Positions 27,930-38,400 of a stretch of DNA of 64,000 bases are shown here, in pieces (the stretch's first letter is position 1; each line of letters opens with the position of its first letter). A program made the position numbers and the translations under genes. This stretch comes from Chitinophaga pinensis (GTDB taxonomy: Bacteria; Bacteroidota; Bacteroidia; Bacteroidales; GCA-2748055). The notes below the pieces were generated by a model that saw nothing but the letters and a program-made list of their open reading frames with translations, did no database searches and was not told the origin of the DNA. The DNA is taken from contig CAMAZH010000001.1 in the NCBI GenBank assembly GCA_945863035.1, forward strand, positions 42 through 64,041. Direction: 5' to 3'.

Positions 27930-29249
27930 TTGAAACAAATCCATTGCTTTTCCTTCTTTTTTATGAAGACAAAACAGGATGACTGCGAACAATATGAAAA
28001 GTGGCTTGATACAATGATTGTTAATGTTTTTGAAGAGAAAGAAATTGAGGCTATGACTTGCAGAGCAAAGGTGCGTTCCTTGCTTTTATCGAAGAATAAT
28101 GCTTTACGGGCAGCATTTTTATTTGGATTTGCCAGCCTTTCCTCCTGGATACCTATGTTTAACTTATGGCTTGGAAACGAGGGCTTAAGCGGTTTGCAAA
28201 TCGGGATAGTTGCTGCAATTCCCTGGCTGCTGATGCTGTTTATTCAGCCATTCTGGGGAATTGTAGCCGACCGGTATGGAAAGCTTTTTTGTTTGCGGCT
28301 GAGTCTTATTTGTGCATCTGTACTATTTATCATTTATCCTTTTGCTTCGGTAGGAATTGGCTTAATTATCTGTATGACAATTTTATTGTCTGTATTTAAC
28401 ACGCCGGTACTCCCTTTGCTCGATAGTATTGCACTTGACCAGGTTGAAAGCAAACAAATTAATTCTTACAGCACAATCCGGTTTTGGGGCGCAATCGGTT
28501 ATGCAACAGGCGCGGCCGTTACCGGATGGTTAATACCATTCTTTGGAGTGAAAGTAGCTTTTTTTACAAGCTCCGGATTTTTAGCGCTCAGCTATTTATC
28601 ATCCATTAAAATTAATATGCCAGCACTCACATCCAAAGGACTTGATGTGGAATTCAGGTACCTGGGAGAGATAATTTCAAATAAGATACTGTTGGTTTTC
28701 CTGGCAATTGTTGTTGTGGTTTCTATCGGACAATCTGCAATTACATTTTTCCTTAGTCTGTATATGAGTCAGATAAAGGCCTCCCCCGAAATAACAGGCT
28801 TTGCCATAGGAATGGAAGGAATAAGTGAATTGCCTTTTTACTTTATTGCTGCCTGGCTGCTTCGGAAAATGGCTCCAGGGAAGATTGTTTTCATAGCAAT
28901 TATGGCCACCTCTATCAGGCTATTCCTTTATTCAGTGAATAACACCCCGAATTTTGTAATTTTGATAGAATCAATGAATGGCCTTACATGGACGCTCCTA
29001 TGGGTTTCTTCGGTTGAATTTGTGAATAGTCTTATTCCGGCAAAATGGAGAACTACCGGCCAGTCGATGCTTTGGGCGGCATATTTTGGAGCGGGTTCAG
29101 TAACCGGAAACATTTTATGCGGATGGATGTACCAGCAAATGCCAATGAAACAGGTTTATGCAGCAACAAGCCTGATGATATTTTTAACTGGAATTGCAGC
29201 TTTTTTTATTTTCTTTAAAAGAAAAAAGAACAATACTATTGCACGATGA
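27930..29249 (+). CDS. MFS-type transporter (12-TM, LacY/MFS_1_like-type)
   Basis: 439 aa and highly hydrophobic, with the GIVADRYGK loop motif. The track start is a TTG. The real start may be a downstream ATG (MKTKQDD or MTCRAK). The stop overlaps the next gene's ATG (ATGA at 29246-29249). Confidence 0.8.
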   Translation: MKQIHCFSFFFMKTKQDDCEQYEKWLDTMIVNVFEEKEIEAMTCRAKVRSLLLSKNNALRAAFLFGFASLSSWIPMFNLWLGNEGLSGLQIGIVAAIPWLLMLFIQPFWGIVADRYGKLFCLRLSLICASVLFIIYPFASVGIGLIICMTILLSVFNTPVLPLLDSIALDQVESKQINSYSTIRFWGAIGYATGAAVTGWLIPFFGVKVAFFTSSGFLALSYLSSIKINMPALTSKGLDVEFRYLGEIISNKILLVFLAIVVVVSIGQSAITFFLSLYMSQIKASPEITGFAIGMEGISELPFYFIAAWLLRKMAPGKIVFIAIMATSIRLFLYSVNNTPNFVILIESMNGLTWTLLWVSSVEFVNSLIPAKWRTTGQSMLWAAYFGAGSVTGNILCGWMYQQMPMKQVYAATSLMIFLTGIAAFFIFFKRKKNNTIAR

Positions 29250-30709
29250 TAAAACTCCTGTCAGATGGCACTGTAGAACAGATGATTTCAACCGCCTGCA
29301 AACTTGTTGTTGAAAAGGGAATGATGACCCGCAACTCAAAATTGCTTGAGTCTGCCGAACAAAATGAATCTCTTCAGGTAAAAGGTAACCGTATTTTTTG
29401 TTCCACTGAAGCAGTTGAATCATGCCTGAACCATCTGAAACAGAACCGCATTTCAAGAGCTGATTTCTATGAAAATCAGCATGGATGGCAGGATATGTTA
29501 ATGGATAACGCGGCTCAAAACGATCTGCTTATAAAATTGACCGATTTGCCCTACCAGTTTTGCGATCATCGTGCTCAGCAAATAATCCCGTTAAACCGCC
29601 AACATGTTATTGAAGGGACAAAATTGATGCATGTTTTGTCGGTACAGCAAGACATAAAGGGCTACACTTGCGGTGTGCCACAAGACACTGCAAATCCCCT
29701 TAAACCGATTGAGCAATATCTGATCGGCTTTTGTTACAACCAGAATGGCGGAGGCACAATTCAATCGGTAGCAGCCGAAGTTGAAATGGATTTTACTGAA
29801 ATGAAATGTATTGCAGAAGACCGGGAAAATCTTCACGAAAGAAGCCTGATGCTTTTCTCACCAAGCCCTATGATTCTCGATGCTGATGAGCTTTATCTAT
29901 GCTTCAAACCCGGGATCACCATCAACAGTTTTATGGTAGGCTCAATGCCTATGATGGGGATGACCGGACCCATTGACCCGATTGGATCTTACACTCTCGG
30001 AATTGCTGAAGTGATAGGTGCGGCAAGCATTTTACATGCTCTTTTCCCAATGGCAAAAGCTTATGTATATCCGCATCCCCAGGCTATGGATCTACGAAGC
30101 GGACAAATGGCTTTTGGTACTGTGGAGCACGCACGACTGGAGATGCTGAAGTTGCAGGTAATGAAAACACTCGGTCTGCAGTATTATAATCTGAAGGACA
30201 TTATGACCTCGGCACAAATGCCCGGAAGCATGGCACAGGGCGACAAGGCTTTGGGATTTTTCACGGGACTTATGGCCGGATACAAAGCATTTAACCTGAT
30301 GCCTTTATCAACAGATCAGGTCTGGTCGCCTGTTCAGGCACTTTTGGATATTGATGCATTGAAAAATGCCTGGGCAGCAACCCGTCCGGTCAAAGCACCG
30401 GATTTTAAAAATACATGGGAAACAATTTGTGAGGTTATTGATAATGATTGCCTTTTTGCCGAAATGAATGATACCTTGATGAATATGGCAGAGAACTATG
30501 ATATGAATTCTTTGCATACTCGTTTCTTTTCTTCAGAAGTTTGGAGTTCCGCCGGAAGGCCTCATGAAATTAGTGCTGTTGAAGATAAATGCAACGAATT
30601 GATTACTTCGTGGAACTTTCGCCCTGACCAGGATAAATTGGAGAAGATTTTAAATATTTATCATAAATTATGTAAAAAGTATAACACAGATCCTATTCAG
30701 ATGGATTGA
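29246..30709 (+). CDS. MttB-superfamily-like (trimethylamine/quaternary-amine methyltransferase fold) protein, non-pyrrolysine; function unknown
   Basis: 487 aa with no signal peptide. The N-terminus LSDGTVEQMISTACKLVVEKGMMTRNSKLLESAEQNESLQVKGNRIFCSTEAVESCLN follows the family-typical pattern 'L-x-E-x-I-x-A-x-x-[LIV]-L-E-x-G-[LIV]...A-x-x-L-x-x-A-G-x-x-V-x-G-x-R-[LIV]-x-F'. The length also fits the ~490-aa family. There is no in-frame TAG. The assignment comes from pattern memory only. Confidence 0.5.
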   Translation: MIKLLSDGTVEQMISTACKLVVEKGMMTRNSKLLESAEQNESLQVKGNRIFCSTEAVESCLNHLKQNRISRADFYENQHGWQDMLMDNAAQNDLLIKLTDLPYQFCDHRAQQIIPLNRQHVIEGTKLMHVLSVQQDIKGYTCGVPQDTANPLKPIEQYLIGFCYNQNGGGTIQSVAAEVEMDFTEMKCIAEDRENLHERSLMLFSPSPMILDADELYLCFKPGITINSFMVGSMPMMGMTGPIDPIGSYTLGIAEVIGAASILHALFPMAKAYVYPHPQAMDLRSGQMAFGTVEHARLEMLKLQVMKTLGLQYYNLKDIMTSAQMPGSMAQGDKALGFFTGLMAGYKAFNLMPLSTDQVWSPVQALLDIDALKNAWAATRPVKAPDFKNTWETICEVIDNDCLFAEMNDTLMNMAENYDMNSLHTRFFSSEVWSSAGRPHEISAVEDKCNELITSWNFRPDQDKLEKILNIYHKLCKKYNTDPIQMD

Positions 30710-30731
30710 ATAAATAATTGCAATAAATAAT

Positions 30732-31565
30732 ATGAGTTGTTATATCGGTATTGATCTTGGAGGCACCACAATAAAAGGTGGTTGCATTGAATCGGGCAGG
30801 CTGGCCGGAAGGGAGGTATTTCCGGTAAATCCGGCTGGATCGAAGGAGAGTATCTTTAGCGATATATGCGAATTAATCGATCGCCTTTGGAATGAACATG
30901 TGGAAGGCATTGGTTTTGCAGTACCCGCGGTGATTGATTTCGCGAGCGGTACGATTTATGGTCTTTCCAATATCCCACAGTTTAACGGTTTTGCTATTCA
31001 GAAAGCTCTTGAAGATCGGTTTAAAGTTCCAGTCAGGATTCAAAATGATGCAAACTGTTTTGTTCTGGGGGAAATGTATTTTGGAGCAGCCGGAGGGTTC
31101 AGAAATATAGTCGGACTTATTACCGGAACTGGAGTTGGAGCAGGAATAGTTATTGGCGGCAAAATCCATAACGGCGTACATAACGGCGCAGGAGAATTTG
31201 GCATGATACCTTATAAAGAATCATGCTTTGAAGCCTATTGCAGCGGTCAGTTCTTTTCAGCATTTTATCAGGTAACAGGCGAAGAAATGGCCAAAAGGGC
31301 TGGTGAAGGTGATACTCAGGCTTTATTGGCCTTTTACAATTACGGATTACATCTGGGAGAATTAATTAATTTGATTTGCTATGCTTTGGATCCGGAAATA
31401 ATTATCATAGGTGGTTCGGTAAGTAAGTCATTTGAGTTGTATAAATCCGGATTAACAGAATCTCTGAAAGGATTTTACTTTGATCACAGGGAAAAAGTCA
31501 AAATTTCGCCATCCACTGTGAAAGATATTTCAATTTATGGTGCTGCAGGCTTATTCTTCAATTAA
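30732..31565 (+). CDS. ROK-family sugar kinase (variant lacking the zinc site)
   Basis: 277 aa. Motifs: IGIDLGGTTIKGG, QNDANCFVLGEMYFGAAGG, TGTGVGAGIVIGGKIHNGVHNGAGEFGM. The usual ExGH plus CxCGxxGC zinc motif is replaced by EFGMIPYKESCFEAYCSG. Confidence 0.85.
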   Translation: MSCYIGIDLGGTTIKGGCIESGRLAGREVFPVNPAGSKESIFSDICELIDRLWNEHVEGIGFAVPAVIDFASGTIYGLSNIPQFNGFAIQKALEDRFKVPVRIQNDANCFVLGEMYFGAAGGFRNIVGLITGTGVGAGIVIGGKIHNGVHNGAGEFGMIPYKESCFEAYCSGQFFSAFYQVTGEEMAKRAGEGDTQALLAFYNYGLHLGELINLICYALDPEIIIIGGSVSKSFELYKSGLTESLKGFYFDHREKVKISPSTVKDISIYGAAGLFFN

Positions 31566-31693
31566 GATGGAAAGTCAATTGATTACTAAAACTTGTGGAA
31601 ATAATAGATATTTTTAGTTTCATGAATAAAAGCATTAGAATGAATTTTTTGTAGACTCTGTTGTAGCTGAACTAACTTAAAATAAAAACTAAG

Positions 31694-32743
31694 ATGACGA
31701 AATTTTTAGAAGATATACTCAAACAACCAGAACAACTCCAGCAATCATTGGAATATACCTTTTCCGACGGTTGGAATGAGATTGAAAAAGCAAACAGGCT
31801 TATCAGGTCAGCCAAAACAATTTTTATTTCCGGAATTGGAGCCAGCTGGAACGCCGGATTGGCTATCCAGGCTGCGTTTAATGAGCTTGGTATTCCATCC
31901 ATTCTCTGCGATTCATCAGAATTTCTGCATTTCACAATCATACCAAAAAGTTCAGTCGTTCTTTTTTTATCCAGAAGCGGGAAAAGCGTTGAAATTGTTA
32001 ATTCCATATCAAAATGTAAAGCCTCCGGTTCAAAAATAATCTCAATAACCAATGACGCAAATAGCACATTGGCGAAGCAATCTGATGTCTGTCTTTCAAC
32101 TCATGTTGATTTTGACAATAGCATTTCTGTAAATACCTACACCTCAATAATCCTTACTGGTCAGTTGCTGGTATCCGGTTTTGCAGAAACATTCTCAAAA
32201 ACTGCACTATCTCATTCCTTAAAACAAAGCTTTAAACAGGTGCAACTGAGGATGCTTCAGTGGCAGGAAGAAATTATCAATTCAAAATGGCTGGACAAAG
32301 AATCCACAACTTACTTTTTAGCCAGGGGAAGCAGCCTGGCTTCTGCCTTTGAAAGTATGCTGATCTGGCAGGAAGGGGCAAAGCAACCCGCTTCAGCCAT
32401 GACAACCGGAGCTTTCCGACACGGTCCCCAGGAAATATTGCTTAACCGGCTTAGCATTGGATGTTGGATCGATAATCAAATTGCAAGGGAATATGATTTT
32501 AAATTACTTAACGATCTGCATAGCCAGGGTATTTCACTACTGACAATAGGTTTCAATTTACCACTTGATCTGAAAGGAATGAAAATCGAAATACCGGAGA
32601 TAATCCATACGTTTCAGCCAGTGATTAATATTATTCCCATGCAGCTGGCAACTGATCATTTTGCTGAAATTAAAGGGGAAGACTGCGATAGTTTCAGGTA
32701 TTGCAATTTTGTGGTGGAACATGAGGGCGGTTTATATACCTAA
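31694..32743 (+). CDS. Double-SIS-domain sugar-phosphate isomerase/deaminase/deglycase-like protein (AgaS/FrlB/GlmS-isomerase type)
   Basis: 349 aa. First SIS domain: IFISGIGASWNAGLAIQAAF...VVLFLSRSGKSVEIVNSISKCKASGSKIISITNDANSTLAKQSD. Second SIS domain: TTYFLARGSSLASAFESMLIWQEGAK. Confidence 0.8.
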   Translation: MTKFLEDILKQPEQLQQSLEYTFSDGWNEIEKANRLIRSAKTIFISGIGASWNAGLAIQAAFNELGIPSILCDSSEFLHFTIIPKSSVVLFLSRSGKSVEIVNSISKCKASGSKIISITNDANSTLAKQSDVCLSTHVDFDNSISVNTYTSIILTGQLLVSGFAETFSKTALSHSLKQSFKQVQLRMLQWQEEIINSKWLDKESTTYFLARGSSLASAFESMLIWQEGAKQPASAMTTGAFRHGPQEILLNRLSIGCWIDNQIAREYDFKLLNDLHSQGISLLTIGFNLPLDLKGMKIEIPEIIHTFQPVINIIPMQLATDHFAEIKGEDCDSFRYCNFVVEHEGGLYT

Positions 32744-32949
32744 GCCATTAGTTGTTGCGAAAAAAACCGGAAAAGAGGTAAATAGTTAAAGTGGTTTTAA
32801 ATTCTAATTGGTATAAAAATGAAACTTCCATGCCACAATGTTTAATTCAGATGGAGGAGGCACAAAAGGACATGATAATTACGCATAAATCAGGAAGCTA
32901 GGCGCATGGAAGTTCCATGAGTCCAACTAATTAAATAAACTATTTTCGA

Positions 32950-33690
32950 ATGAAAAAGGTAAATACTGTTTTTTTTGTTTTCGGAATGCTTTTAATGAGT
33001 TTCAGTGCTCAAACTGAGGCACAGAGACCTGTTTCAAATACCGGAATCAAAAATATGCAAGCTAACGAAAACAGTTCTCTGAAGGCTGATAGCAGTCAGT
33101 GGAAGCAATTATTCAATGGGAAAGATCTGACTGGCTGGAAACAGGCAGGACCGGGATCACATTATGTGGAGGAGGGTTTAATTAAATCTCATGGAGGGAT
33201 GGGATTGCTTTATTGGGAAGGTGAAAAATTTGGTAATTGCCGGATTCGGGTAGTTTTCCGGATGCGTGATACCCTTGATAACTCAGGCGTATTTATCAGG
33301 GTTCCCATTGAACCTGTTGAAGCGTGGATGCCGATACACTATGGTTATGAGGTTCAGATTGATAATCACCCTGAAATATGGGACGAAGACGAGTATCATT
33401 ATACAGGTACCTTGTATTCGCTGACAAAACCAATGGCTATGGTTGGAAAACCCGGTCCGGAGTGGAATACTTTTGAAATTATCCTTCAGGGATCAAGAAC
33501 AGTTGTTTACGTCAACGGCACAAAAGTTACTGATTATAATGAGGAGGATGAGGTTCCTGCCCGTGTGTTTGATTGGGAACCAATACGCGGACCTCGTCCG
33601 GAATATGGATTCATTGGTATACAAAACCATGATGAAGAGAATGTTGTTTTCTTTAAGGAGATTTCTGTAAAACCCCTGTTATTGCAATAA
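32950..33690 (+). CDS. Secreted DUF1080-family protein (3-keto-disaccharide hydrolase / concanavalin-like fold)
   Basis: 246 aa with a signal peptide. Motifs: WKQLFNGKDLTGWKQAG, DNSGVFIRVP, YEVQIDN, EWNTFEIILQG, GFIGIQNHDEENVVFFKEISVKPL. Confidence 0.8.
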   Translation: MKKVNTVFFVFGMLLMSFSAQTEAQRPVSNTGIKNMQANENSSLKADSSQWKQLFNGKDLTGWKQAGPGSHYVEEGLIKSHGGMGLLYWEGEKFGNCRIRVVFRMRDTLDNSGVFIRVPIEPVEAWMPIHYGYEVQIDNHPEIWDEDEYHYTGTLYSLTKPMAMVGKPGPEWNTFEIILQGSRTVVYVNGTKVTDYNEEDEVPARVFDWEPIRGPRPEYGFIGIQNHDEENVVFFKEISVKPLLLQ

Positions 33691-33732
33691 AAGACAAATA
33701 ATTTTAAACCCTGTTTCTAAAATTTCCACATT

Positions 33733-35259
33733 ATGAATAAAGAATTAAAAAAAACAAAGAGTTCGAGCGGGCTTTCGAGAAGAAATTTTGTAAAAATGAC
33801 TGCTTCCGGAGCAGCAGCTTTTACTATTCTTCCCAGCTATGTTGTAAGTGGCCTTGGTCATGTATTGCCCAGCGATAAGCTCTACATTGCAGCAGTTGGT
33901 TGCGGTGGAGAAGGAGCATCCGATATTCATACTTTAATGAAAACGCCAAAAAAGAATGCCGTGATTTCATGCCTTTGCGATGTTGATGACCGTATGGCAC
34001 TGCCCCGGAGGAAAGAATACCCGAATGCCCCGTTTTACCACGATTGGCGTGAGATGTTCGATAAGGAAAGTAAAAACTTCGATGCTGTTACCGTTGCAAC
34101 TCCAGATCACAATCATGCTATTATTGGCTTTAGTGCTATGCAATTGAAAAAACATCTTTACCTTCAAAAGCCGTTATCCCATGATATATATGAAGCCAGG
34201 ATATTAACACAGGCAGCCGAAAAATACAAAGTGGTAACCCAAATGGGAGATCAGGGAGCATCATGCGAAGGAATGCAGACATTGCGTGAATGGCTGGAAG
34301 CTGGTCTGCTTGGAGACGTCGAAAAAGTTTATTGCTGGACCGATCGTCCCGTATGGCCACAGGGGATTCCATGGCCAAAACAGACTGCTGCTGTGCCAAA
34401 AGAGTTGAATTGGGATTTGTGGTTGGGTACAGCTCCTGAAACCGGGTATATTGAAAACCTTGTACCATTTAATTGGAGGGGCTGGTGGCAGTTTGGAACC
34501 GGAGCGCTTGGCGATATGGGGTGTCACATTATGGGCCCTCCATTTAAGTTGCTTGGATTGGGCTACCCAACTGAAGTATCGGGAAGTGCAAGTACAGTTT
34601 ACGATGGCATTTTTTCAGAAGCACAATACCCGGAAAGTGGTCCGGTTTCGAGCTCTCTGAAATTTAAGTATACACTAAAAAATGGTAAAAACCTGGACAT
34701 GTACTGGATGGATGGGGGTATTACACCTGATCGTCCCACTGAATTAGCCGGTGAAGCAAACATGAATGAAATTCTTGGCGACTTTACCGGTTTGAATGAC
34801 TACGAGGGCAGCACATTATTTGTTGGAACAAAAGGAAAAGCTGCCTGTGGATGGGGTGGTCGTAGTCCAGTATTATTACCACTTTCCCGGAATAAAGAGA
34901 TTAATGTTCCTAAAAAATATCCACGTGTAACAGGAGATATGGACGGCCATTACTGGCAATGGATCGATGCCTGTATTGCAGGGTATGGAAACGCTGAAGT
35001 TTCATCGCCGTTTGTAGGATACGCCGGACCACTTACCGAAACGGTTCTGATGGGCAACTTAATCCTGAGAAGTTTTAATATCCGTGAAAAAATCAAGCGG
35101 GTTGATCCGGTTTATGGCGAAATGGATGCATATTCTTTCCCGGGCCGTTATATAAACTATAAATGGGATGGTGAAAACATGAGAATTACAAATTTCGAAC
35201 AAGCCAATCAGTTTATTAGGAGAGAGTATAGAAAAGGTTGGGGCGAATTGAAATTATAA
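33733..35259 (+). CDS. TAT-exported Gfo/Idh/MocA-family oxidoreductase (glycoside dehydrogenase-like)
   Basis: 508 aa. Canonical twin-arginine signal: SRRNFVKMTASGAAAFTIL. Rossmann block: LYIAAVGCGGEGASD. Also present: TPDHNHA and KHLYLQKPL. Confidence 0.85.
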   Translation: MNKELKKTKSSSGLSRRNFVKMTASGAAAFTILPSYVVSGLGHVLPSDKLYIAAVGCGGEGASDIHTLMKTPKKNAVISCLCDVDDRMALPRRKEYPNAPFYHDWREMFDKESKNFDAVTVATPDHNHAIIGFSAMQLKKHLYLQKPLSHDIYEARILTQAAEKYKVVTQMGDQGASCEGMQTLREWLEAGLLGDVEKVYCWTDRPVWPQGIPWPKQTAAVPKELNWDLWLGTAPETGYIENLVPFNWRGWWQFGTGALGDMGCHIMGPPFKLLGLGYPTEVSGSASTVYDGIFSEAQYPESGPVSSSLKFKYTLKNGKNLDMYWMDGGITPDRPTELAGEANMNEILGDFTGLNDYEGSTLFVGTKGKAACGWGGRSPVLLPLSRNKEINVPKKYPRVTGDMDGHYWQWIDACIAGYGNAEVSSPFVGYAGPLTETVLMGNLILRSFNIREKIKRVDPVYGEMDAYSFPGRYINYKWDGENMRITNFEQANQFIRREYRKGWGELKL

Positions 35260-35351
35260 TTTCTTGAGATATTACCTGCTATTCAATTGGAATGGAATTT
35301 TAGGACTTAACTCAAAGAAAATTTTTACTAAAAAAGAATACTTATGTCACT

Positions 35352-35393
35352 AATCAGGTAGGATTATCTCTTGCTGTATCTTCCTACCTGATT
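35352..35393. terminator. Bidirectional hairpin between convergent genes (12-bp stem, 18-nt loop)
   Basis: aatcaggtagga (35352-35363) pairs exactly with tcctacctgatt (35382-35393). It lies between the plus-strand stop at 35259 and the minus-strand stop at 35405. Confidence 0.5.
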
Positions 35394-35404
35394 TAAACAA
35401 TGAT

Positions 35405-38400
35405 TTACTGCAACAGGAATTTGTGGCTTATAACAGAATCATTTGTGATGCATCTTACAATGTATAATCCCCTGTCGAAACGATTTGTATTTAAGCGCTT
35501 TATCCCTGAGAAATTTTCGAGATCGGAATAGACAAGACATCCCTTTGAGTCGAATACAGAAAACTGTTTGATTCCAGTATTCGCGGCGTCGATAATGATG
35601 TAAGAACCTGCCGGATTTGGATATATGCTGATTACCTGGTCAGTACCTCCAATCGACCCGATAGCGGTATTAAGTTTTGGGTAGAGTTGATAAAAAGGCA
35701 CAACTTCTTTTGGAAGGCTTGAACTTTCCCATTCAAGTTTCACGAAAGCATCCCCTGATTTTTCTGCGTAATCGAGACGGATGTTTACTTTCTGACCTGC
35801 CGTCAGCGCAATCGTTCCGGTATGGGTTTTTCCTGTTGAGGTTGCAACCCACGCATCGATTACCAACTGGTCGTTCACCCAAAGTTTTCCGATGTCATTA
35901 ACAGTTAAACTGAAAGTATGCTCTTCCGTGAACAGAGGTTCCAACTGTCCTTCCCACCTGATATTCCAGAAATCTTTATCAATTCCGCATCCGGGTGATA
36001 CATCGGCCCATTCCTCATCAATAACAGGATCAGTTTCACCGCACATAAGCTCAACAAACCATGTTCTTCCTCCAATGGATGCTTTCCAGAGACTCTTGTA
36101 CAAACCTTCGCCATTTCCGGGATAGACAACGTCCTTTTCTTTAAAAACAATATTATCGATGCTAAAACCTCCCATGGCATTCTTTACAAAAAACCTCATG
36201 ATATGAGTTCCGGCAGTAAGCCTGAATTCAGTGTCTATAGTTGACCAGACATTCATTCCGCCGGTTGCAGGCAGAGAAATAACACCCGATTTTTCCATTC
36301 CGTCAATATATATTACAGCTTCTTTGTTTTCATTCTCTGCTGCATAATGAATGGCGGCTGTAAAGAGACCTATTGCCTTTACATCTACAGTGTATTCGAG
36401 CCATTCATTGGAATTAATAAAGGAAACACAATTTTCTCCTTCGGATTTTTCCTCAATATCTACCGATTCTTCCGGCCTGTATTTGCCGCCCCTGTTAATA
36501 ATATCTGCATCTGCATAAGCTACTCCTACGCCGCCATTATCAAAGTCTTCGAATTCTATGGTTCCCGGAATTTCCAATTGAGTGAATGGTTCCCGTGGGA
36601 GTGTTGTGACCTTGGAAGAACTGTAATTATAGTTAAACCTCCTGTCTGGCGCGGATTCCCCATCGGTAAAAAAAGCACTGATGTCTTTCAGGTGCTGTGG
36701 GTTATCGGCCCAGTGAAAATACAATTCAGGTGTACCTATTTCCATACCGAGGTCGGCTCTTGAAATACTGATCTCCATCTCCCGTCCCTTAACATGGTAC
36801 GCGGCAACGCCTGCATTGCCCCAGCTAATGCCATCCCATTGTTTCACAAAAGTTGCCAGACCTGGAATAACTTCCATGTTTACCGCATAATCGTACCCTT
36901 CCCATCCGGTGCCGTTTTTCCTGTCTACATCAAGAAATAGCAGCATCCAGTTGTTTCCTTCCGGGGGAGTAATGTTTTCGAGCGTTTTTACATAGAAATA
37001 CATGCTGTCATTATCGTAGGTAAGTCTGGATTCATCAATGTCGTTCCTGGCAGTTAAGTTCGTGTAGGTTGCCGTGTTATTGACATTTTTGAAATTCCGA
37101 TTTATTACATCCCCGGCAGCGTCTTTATATACAGGTGTAACATCCTGCCAGTCGGAAAAATCACCGTCAACCATGATGTTTTTTGGCTGTGAGATCGTTT
37201 CAGGAGCAGTCATTCCCTTGAACCGACGGATGTGAGAAACCAACTGGTAGAAATAGTTATCGGTATATCCCCCCTTCATTGGCTCGAGATCACGGTTAAA
37301 TTCCATGTTGAATTCGTCCACGAAATGCCAGCCGTGAGGCCATTTGTGGGTTCCGTCGGGGTTTCTGCTGAGGCAGGTTGATGGACTGACACATCTCCAG
37401 CTCGAATTGTTCCACTCTTTTCCCATAAAACGGACACCTTCGGTAGGCCATGCCCCTGCCATAAGTTCATTCCATCCGGTGATGCAAAGGATGGTTGGAT
37501 CTACTTCATGGCCTCGTGTCCATTGTTCTTCGAAGAAATAGCCATATTTAGACTGATCGGTTTCCCAATACTGATCGTATTCGGGTGCTTTCTTATTATG
37601 AGAGCTGCTTCCCTGAAGGGTAAAGTCGAAAAGGGGAGCACCCATAGCCTTGCATACCGGCATTTGCTCGGGTTTACCGTCGAGTATATAGTAATCTTGC
37701 GGGTATGTATCCAGGAAGTTCCACTGACCGGTTTCAAAAGCCCATGTTCTGCGCCAGGTAAAGAAATCCTTAACTGACTCGTCCAGACAAAGAGCACATT
37801 GTGTTGCACACTTTACCGAATCGGCCATAAGGAGGGGTTTGCCTTCCCATTTAAAAATCATCGGATCATACTGTGGATTGGTATAGATTTTTTCCATTAC
37901 ACAGGTTAGGGCAGAATTATAGTTTTCGTTCATGAAGAAAGCAATTTTCGGAACGGGGATACCTTTTCCCTGCATATCGAGGGCAACAGTCATGAAATCA
38001 TCAAGTGAATTGCAGCCCTGGTTTCCGTTGGTGAAATCAAAAAACACAAAATCCACACCTGCATTGGCAAGCATCTGGAGGTTTCTCCGGGTCGACCATG
38101 GATCGCTCGGGTGATAGAAGCCATTTTCAGGTTCACCCCAGTAATAATTCATACATTCAAAGGCAGGACTATCCGGATTTTCACGGAGAAGTTCCGGTAC
38201 CGGTCTGATGGGTTTCTGATTGGAAATGTCAGCATGCCATAACCAGTAGAAGACCCCAATATACTTGTCGGATCTGTAATTCCCGCATTCACTGTAGGAA
38301 GGAAGGATCCTTCCAATACCATCTGTTGCAACCCACTGGTCTGAATATGCTTTGAGTTGTTCTGTTTGGGTGGATGCAGAAGGATTCCAGACAAAAACTG

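Noticed and set aside
27930-28060. The N-terminal extension of the MFS ORF (MKQIHCFSFFFMKTKQDDCEQYEKWLD...), considered as a separate regulatory leader peptide.
   Set aside because: It is most simply an over-extended ORF call from a TTG start, since downstream ATGs precede the first TM helix. There is no independent evidence for a leader peptide.
32823-32914. An 11-bp inverted repeat (aacttccatgc / gcatggaagtt) separated by ~70 nt lies upstream of the DUF1080 gene. I considered it as a riboswitch or terminator.
   Set aside because: The loop is long, there is no T-tract, and I recognise no conserved riboswitch core. I cannot support a structured-RNA call by eye.
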